Source of the DNA: an uncultured Archangium sp.
Lineage (GTDB): Bacteria > Myxococcota > Myxococcia > Myxococcales > Myxococcaceae
Assembly (NCBI GenBank): GCA_903905455.1
Contig: CAIVGN010000022.1
Coordinates: 1 to 27,519, forward strand
Reading direction: 5' to 3'
Length of the DNA: 27,519 nt
Shown here piece by piece: positions 23,940 through 27,519 of this stretch (positions within the stretch are counted from its first letter, which is position 1; the number at the start of each line of letters is the position of its first letter). The position numbers and the translations under genes were made by a program. The notes below the pieces were generated by a model. The model saw only the letters and a program-made list of their open reading frames with translations. It did no database searches and was not told where the DNA came from.

Positions 23940-25207
23940 GGCGAGCCCCCCGAGGCGCGGCGATGGTGGAGCTGGCGCTGCTGATGATCGTCCTGGTCCC
24001 GATGATCCTCTACACGCTCTTCCTGAGCGACCTGCTGCTCTACAACCTCGACTGGCAGGAGGCGGTGACCAGCCCGGCGTGGGACGCGGCGCCGCTCGAC
24101 TTCCCGTCGCTGTCGAGGCCGGTGGAGGCCGCGGCGCGGGTGCAGGCCATCGACCGCAAGGTGTTCTGCGACCACAGCTCGGCCTACGACTCGTTCAACA
24201 CCGCGGTGGACTGCGCCGACGACCGGCACCACCAGGCGCTGGGCGCGCACCAGTGCTGGATGGGCGGCGGCAAGCAGGTGACGTGCGGGGTGAACCCCGG
24301 GCTGGGCAACGTGGAGCAGAGCTACAACCACCGCTTCAACCGGGGCGGGCTGCTGAGCTGCACCGCGCGCTTAGGCGTGCAGAACTACCTCATCGTGCAG
24401 AAGTTCCTCTCGTGGGGGCAGGACCTGACGCGCACCAGGAAGTTCGAGGGCACCGACGTGCACGGCAACGCCAGCAGCGCGTCCACCTCGAACGCGTGGG
24501 TCTTCGGGGCGCAGGGCAGCGGCGCGAGCTCGCCGTCGGAGATCGAAGGCGAGCCGGGCACCTCGCAGACCGAGACCGAGGACCTGCCGTCGGGCACCAC
24601 GCGCAGCGACGACTTCTTCGCCGTGCTGCACGACCCGTGGGCGCTCAACCACCTCGCCACCATTCTCCCGGACGACGGGCAGCGCGAAGCGCACCCCTTC
24701 TACGCGCGCGTCGAGCACTACTACTACTCGCAGTCGCCGGTGCCCGAGGAGCGGCCGGGGGTCGACGGGGCCGAGACCTACGCGGGCAAGCTGCAGGCGA
24801 TGGGCGCCCTGGGCCCGACGGCCAACACCGAGCAGAACGAAGACGCGATGGGTGACCTGCCGCTGGTGCCCAACCTCGCCTTCAAGGCCGCGAAGGACAT
24901 CGACGGCGTGCTGGGCTTCGTCAAGCAGCCCGGCGGCGGCCGGATGATCAGCATGGGGCCCTGCTTCTCGCACGGCTGCCGCTTCGACGCGCCGCCGGTG
25001 CCGCCGCCCGACCTGGGGCTGATTCCCCCGGACCCGGACAACCCGAAGGGGGGCGAGATCCCCGGTGGAGGTGGGCCGCCGACGCCGGTGGGCGCGCCGC
25101 CGACCGCGCACGCCACGTCGGGCGCCACGCCGGCCATGACCGCCGCGGCGAACGCGCCCTCGCCGCCGCCCGCGCCGACCTCGGCCCCGCCGCGCTCGCC
25201 GTTCTGA
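23936..25207 (+). CDS. TadE-like domain protein with a Pro-rich C-terminus, 423 aa
   Basis: The N-terminus VRRAPRGAAMVELALLMIVLVPMILYTLFL matches the TadE-like family. The sequence contains conserved-looking Cys residues. The C-terminus is PPVPPPDLGLIPPDPDNPKGGEIPGGGGPPTPVGAPPTA.... The stop is at 25205-25207. Confidence 0.8.
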   Translation: MRRAPRGAAMVELALLMIVLVPMILYTLFLSDLLLYNLDWQEAVTSPAWDAAPLDFPSLSRPVEAAARVQAIDRKVFCDHSSAYDSFNTAVDCADDRHHQALGAHQCWMGGGKQVTCGVNPGLGNVEQSYNHRFNRGGLLSCTARLGVQNYLIVQKFLSWGQDLTRTRKFEGTDVHGNASSASTSNAWVFGAQGSGASSPSEIEGEPGTSQTETEDLPSGTTRSDDFFAVLHDPWALNHLATILPDDGQREAHPFYARVEHYYYSQSPVPEERPGVDGAETYAGKLQAMGALGPTANTEQNEDAMGDLPLVPNLAFKAAKDIDGVLGFVKQPGGGRMISMGPCFSHGCRFDAPPVPPPDLGLIPPDPDNPKGGEIPGGGGPPTPVGAPPTAHATSGATPAMTAAANAPSPPPAPTSAPPRSPF

Positions 25208-25663
25208 TCAGCCCGGCTTCGCGAGCCGGGCGTTCATCACCGTCAAGCGCTCGGCCAGCTCGTGGGCGAGGTTGTTGACCACCACCAGCGTGGGCACGTC
25301 GCGCGCGCGCAGCAACTCGAGGAAGCGCTGGCGCAGCAGCATCACCGCGGTCACCTGGGAGGCCGGGGTGATGGTCGCCGAGCGCGTCGCGCTCCCGCGG
25401 AACAACGACATCTCGCCGACGGTGGACCCGGGCCCGACCTCGCCGAGCAGCGCGCCGCCGCGGCTCACCTCCACGCGGCCCTCGAGCAGGACGTAGAGGG
25501 CGTCGGCCGGGTCCCCTTCGCGGTACAGCGGCGCGCCGGCGGCGAAGCCGCGCACCACGAAGTTTGAATAGAAGGAGGCGATCTCCTCTTCGCCCAGGCC
25601 GTCGCACAGCGTGGCTTTCGAGAACCAGATCAACATCGGGTTGAGGCTCATGCCCAAAGGCAT
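25208..25663 (-). CDS. Cyclic-nucleotide-binding (cNMP/CAP effector) domain protein, about 150 aa
   Basis: The sequence reads LIWFSKATLCDGLGEEEIASFYSNFVVRGFAAGAPLYREGDPADALYVLLEGRVEVS...GEMSLFRGSATRSATITPASQVTAVML. This matches the cNMP-binding beta-barrel, with the GE...R.A phosphate-binding cassette. The start may be the internal ATG (MSLNPM...), 4 codons in. The stop abuts the stop of the preceding + strand gene. Confidence 0.75.
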   Translation of the reverse strand: MPLGMSLNPMLIWFSKATLCDGLGEEEIASFYSNFVVRGFAAGAPLYREGDPADALYVLLEGRVEVSRGGALLGEVGPGSTVGEMSLFRGSATRSATITPASQVTAVMLLRQRFLELLRARDVPTLVVVNNLAHELAERLTVMNARLAKPG

Positions 25664-25693
25664 AACGGGCCCGGCACGCTTCGCTCACGATGC

Positions 25694-26617
25694 GTGCCCC
25701 GGGGCTCCGCGCCGGGTATGCGGGGCCCCATGCTGTTACTCGTCGAAGGACCCCTCGACACCGACCGCGCCGACGCCGACCGCCTGGGCCTGGTGAGCGC
25801 GGCGAAGGCCCTGGGCCACCGCGTGCACCTCATTCCCCCCGAGGCGTCGCTCGAGCCTGAGATGCCCCGACTGCCGGGCCTGGCCCGGGGCGACTTCGAG
25901 TGGGGGGTGCTCGTCTGCGACACGCCCACACCCGGGCGCTACCGGCGGTTGCACGACGAGGCGCTGGCGCTGAACATCACGCTGCTCAACGACCCGGGGC
26001 AGCACCTCGACGCGATGGAGCTGCACCGCACCGTGGCCCGCCTCGAAGACCTCACGGCGCGCACCGAGGTGGTCTGTCACCTCGCGGAGCTGCCGGTGGC
26101 CTTGAGCCGGCTCAAGCCGCCGGTGTTCATCAAGAGCACGGTGCACTCGCGCAAGTCCTACGGCTGGAAGGCCTGCGTGGCCGACGACGCGCGCGAGGCC
26201 GAGGCGCTGGTGACGAAGCTGCTGGCGATGCACACGCTGTCCCGCGACCACGTGCTGGTGCGCGAGCTGCTGCCGCTGCGGCGCACCGGCGCGGAGTACG
26301 CGGGCTTTCCCCTCTCGCGCGAGTACCGGCTCTTCGTGCTCGACGCCGACGTGGTGGCCCAGGGCTACTACTGGCCGCTGGGCGACCCCTACGGCGCGCC
26401 CTCGGAGCGCGACGACCGGGAGATGCGCGCCCTGGCCCACGAGGTGGCGCGGCGCACCCGCGTGCCGTGGCTGTGCGTGGACGTAGGGCAGCTGGAGACC
26501 GGCGAGTGGCGGGTCATCGAGACCGGAGACCCGGCGTGCAGCGGGCTGTCGACGGTGAACGCGCGGGCGCTGCTGGCGGCGCTGGCGCACGGGCTCGAGG
26601 CGCGGGCAGGCTGTTGA
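25694..26617 (+). CDS. ATP-grasp-fold protein (RimK/LysX-like superfamily; substrate unknown)
   Basis: Read from a downstream ATG, the N-terminus is MLLLVEGPLDTDRADADRLGLVSAAKALGHRVHLIPPE. This is followed by ...LNITLLNDPGQHLDAMELHRTVARLEDL...PVFIKSTVHSRKSYGWKAC...VLVRELLPL...EYRLFVLDADVV...WLCVDVGQLETGEWRVIETGD. The order of pre-ATP-grasp, ATP-grasp and C-terminal segments is consistent with the superfamily. The start is ambiguous (25694, 25718 or 25730). Confidence 0.6.
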   Translation: MPRGSAPGMRGPMLLLVEGPLDTDRADADRLGLVSAAKALGHRVHLIPPEASLEPEMPRLPGLARGDFEWGVLVCDTPTPGRYRRLHDEALALNITLLNDPGQHLDAMELHRTVARLEDLTARTEVVCHLAELPVALSRLKPPVFIKSTVHSRKSYGWKACVADDAREAEALVTKLLAMHTLSRDHVLVRELLPLRRTGAEYAGFPLSREYRLFVLDADVVAQGYYWPLGDPYGAPSERDDREMRALAHEVARRTRVPWLCVDVGQLETGEWRVIETGDPACSGLSTVNARALLAALAHGLEARAGC

Positions 26618-26774
26618 TCAGCCATCCCGGGGTCGGGCGCGCCTCGTTCGTCGCGCCGGACCCCGCTGCCTGCTGACGGAACCGGGCAGCTTCACCGGCT
26701 TCGCGCTGGCGCGCAGGTTGCTGCTGACGTGCGTCCGCGGGAGGCACCAGATGTGGCAGTCCGAAGGACTCGCG

Positions 26775-27278
26775 ATGACGTTGGGGCTCGGGCTCGTGCT
26801 CTGCGCCCCGGCCAACACCAGCGCCGCGGAGGAGGACGTCGTTTCGTACTCGGTGATGGGTACGGTGACGGTGGAGGTGGAGGTGCCCACGCGCACCGCG
26901 CCGCCGCCGCAGGACCCGGTGCGGGTGATCGTCGCCGACGGGCAGATTCACACCCTCGAGCGGGTGTTCTTCGTCAGCGGGGGCGCGGAGGTGCGGTCGC
27001 TCTCGTTGCCGACGCTGGACGCGGTGGCGGTGGTGATGATCACCGCGCCGCACATTCGAGTGCTGCGCATCGAGGCGCACACCGACACCGTGGCGGGCGA
27101 CAACCTCGGCCTGTCACAACGCCGCGCCGAGTGGGTGCGGGCGTACCTGGTGAAGAAGGGGGTGGCGGCCGAGCGGCTCGTCGCCGCGGGCTTCGGCGAC
27201 ACGCGGCCCATTGCGCCCAACGACACGGTCGAGGGGCGACAGCAGAACCGGAGGGTGGAGTTCATCATTGGGTCGTGA
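26775..27278 (+). CDS. OmpA/MotB-family peptidoglycan-binding lipoprotein or secreted protein
   Basis: The signal peptide is MTLGLGLVLCAPANTSAAEE. The C-terminal OmpA_C-like domain reads RIEAHTDTVAGDNLGLSQRRAEWVRAYLVKKGVAAERLVAAGFGDTRPIAPNDTVEGRQQNRRVEFII. Alternative in-frame starts are 26718 and 26751. Confidence 0.75.
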   Translation: MTLGLGLVLCAPANTSAAEEDVVSYSVMGTVTVEVEVPTRTAPPPQDPVRVIVADGQIHTLERVFFVSGGAEVRSLSLPTLDAVAVVMITAPHIRVLRIEAHTDTVAGDNLGLSQRRAEWVRAYLVKKGVAAERLVAAGFGDTRPIAPNDTVEGRQQNRRVEFIIGS

Positions 27279-27497
27279 AGGGGTTCGGAATCGGAATCGG
27301 TGCGGCTTCGATGGGAGGCGTGCGTCTCCTGCGATCGGCAGAGGTCGTGTGTTGGTTTGGGTGCCGGGGATCGCCCCAATCCCTTCCTTTCCCCCCGGGG
27401 AAAGGGGAGCGCTCATCTGCCGCGCGGGCGAGACGAGCGCACAGAAATACGGGGCAAGGCCTCCATTTTCAGGAACGAATCGGTGTTGCTTGATCCA

Positions 27498-27519
27498 CCG
27501 TCGGCCCTCGACGGTTTTC
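27498..27519 (+). terminator. Hairpin plus T-tract, a rho-independent-terminator-like element, at the window end
   Basis: CCGTCG-gccct-CGACGG is followed by TTTTC. A second GC hairpin (CCTTTCCC-cccg-GGGAAAGG, about 27386-27405) lies roughly 100 nt upstream. Both lie 110-220 nt downstream of the OmpA-like stop, in an otherwise ORF-free stretch. Confidence 0.45.

Noticed and set aside
20348-26676. ORFs 20348..21499 -, 20827..22299 + upstream of 21502, 21990..23900 -, 22538..23698 +, 24371..25111 -, 25736..26590 - and 25900..26676 +
   Set aside because: These are shadows of the Tad-like, cNMP and ATP-grasp genes. For 20827..22299 only the part from GTG 21502 carries the TadE-like N-terminus. 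The upstream part is the wrong frame of gene 20675..21505.
27285-27303. GGTTCGGAATCGGAATCGG, which superficially resembles a tRNA T-arm (GGTTCGAATCC)
   Set aside because: There is no complementary acceptor, D-arm or anticodon-arm context. It is only a short (GGAATC)2 direct repeat.

Overview
This is a 27.5 kb window of very GC-rich bacterial chromosomal DNA. Its gene content is typical of Myxococcota-like deltaproteobacteria, but that attribution is inference only. The content is: lipoproteins with L-x-x-C lipoboxes, a CHASE/PAS histidine kinase, FHA and TPR proteins, genes coupled by GTGA overlaps, and many long spurious antisense ORFs. About 25 real coding genes are supported. I recognise no rRNA, tRNA, CRISPR array, transposase or integrase.

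Genes in order:
1. A 5'-partial ORF (1..2718) in which a topoisomerase III C-terminal region runs in one frame, through a low-complexity linker holding a 2x78-bp tandem repeat, into a full-length RecQ helicase.
2. On the + strand, a small membrane protein, an alpha/beta hydrolase, and a large CarboxypepD_reg/CBM-like lipoprotein with a clear terminator.
3. On the minus strand, a REC-EAL c-di-GMP phosphodiesterase gene. It is translationally coupled (GTGA) to a tandem zf-TFIIB zinc-ribbon gene. That gene is interrupted by an in-frame TAG and followed by 78 more coding-like codons.
4. A decayed PilT-type ATPase relic.
5. A TPR protein.
6. A Gly/Thr-repeat, Cys-rich lipoprotein.
7. A CHASE-PAS-PAS-PAS histidine kinase with no intact partner regulator.
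8. A roughly 0.8 kb gene-fragment zone (15188..15970) followed by a 194-aa hypothetical ORF (15976..16560). The zone includes a 33-bp exact copy of part of the REC-EAL gene.
9. The main candidate system: a clear bacterial homologue of the eukaryotic major vault protein (MVP) on the minus strand. It is transcribed divergently from an FHA-domain membrane protein gene. That gene is followed by four translationally coupled genes (a membrane/secreted hypothetical plus three large TadE/TadG-like proteins), and no other Tad pilus machinery is present.
10. A cNMP-binding protein, an ATP-grasp protein, an OmpA-like lipoprotein and a terminal hairpin/terminator.

All identifications come from reading the translated ORFs. 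No database search was possible.
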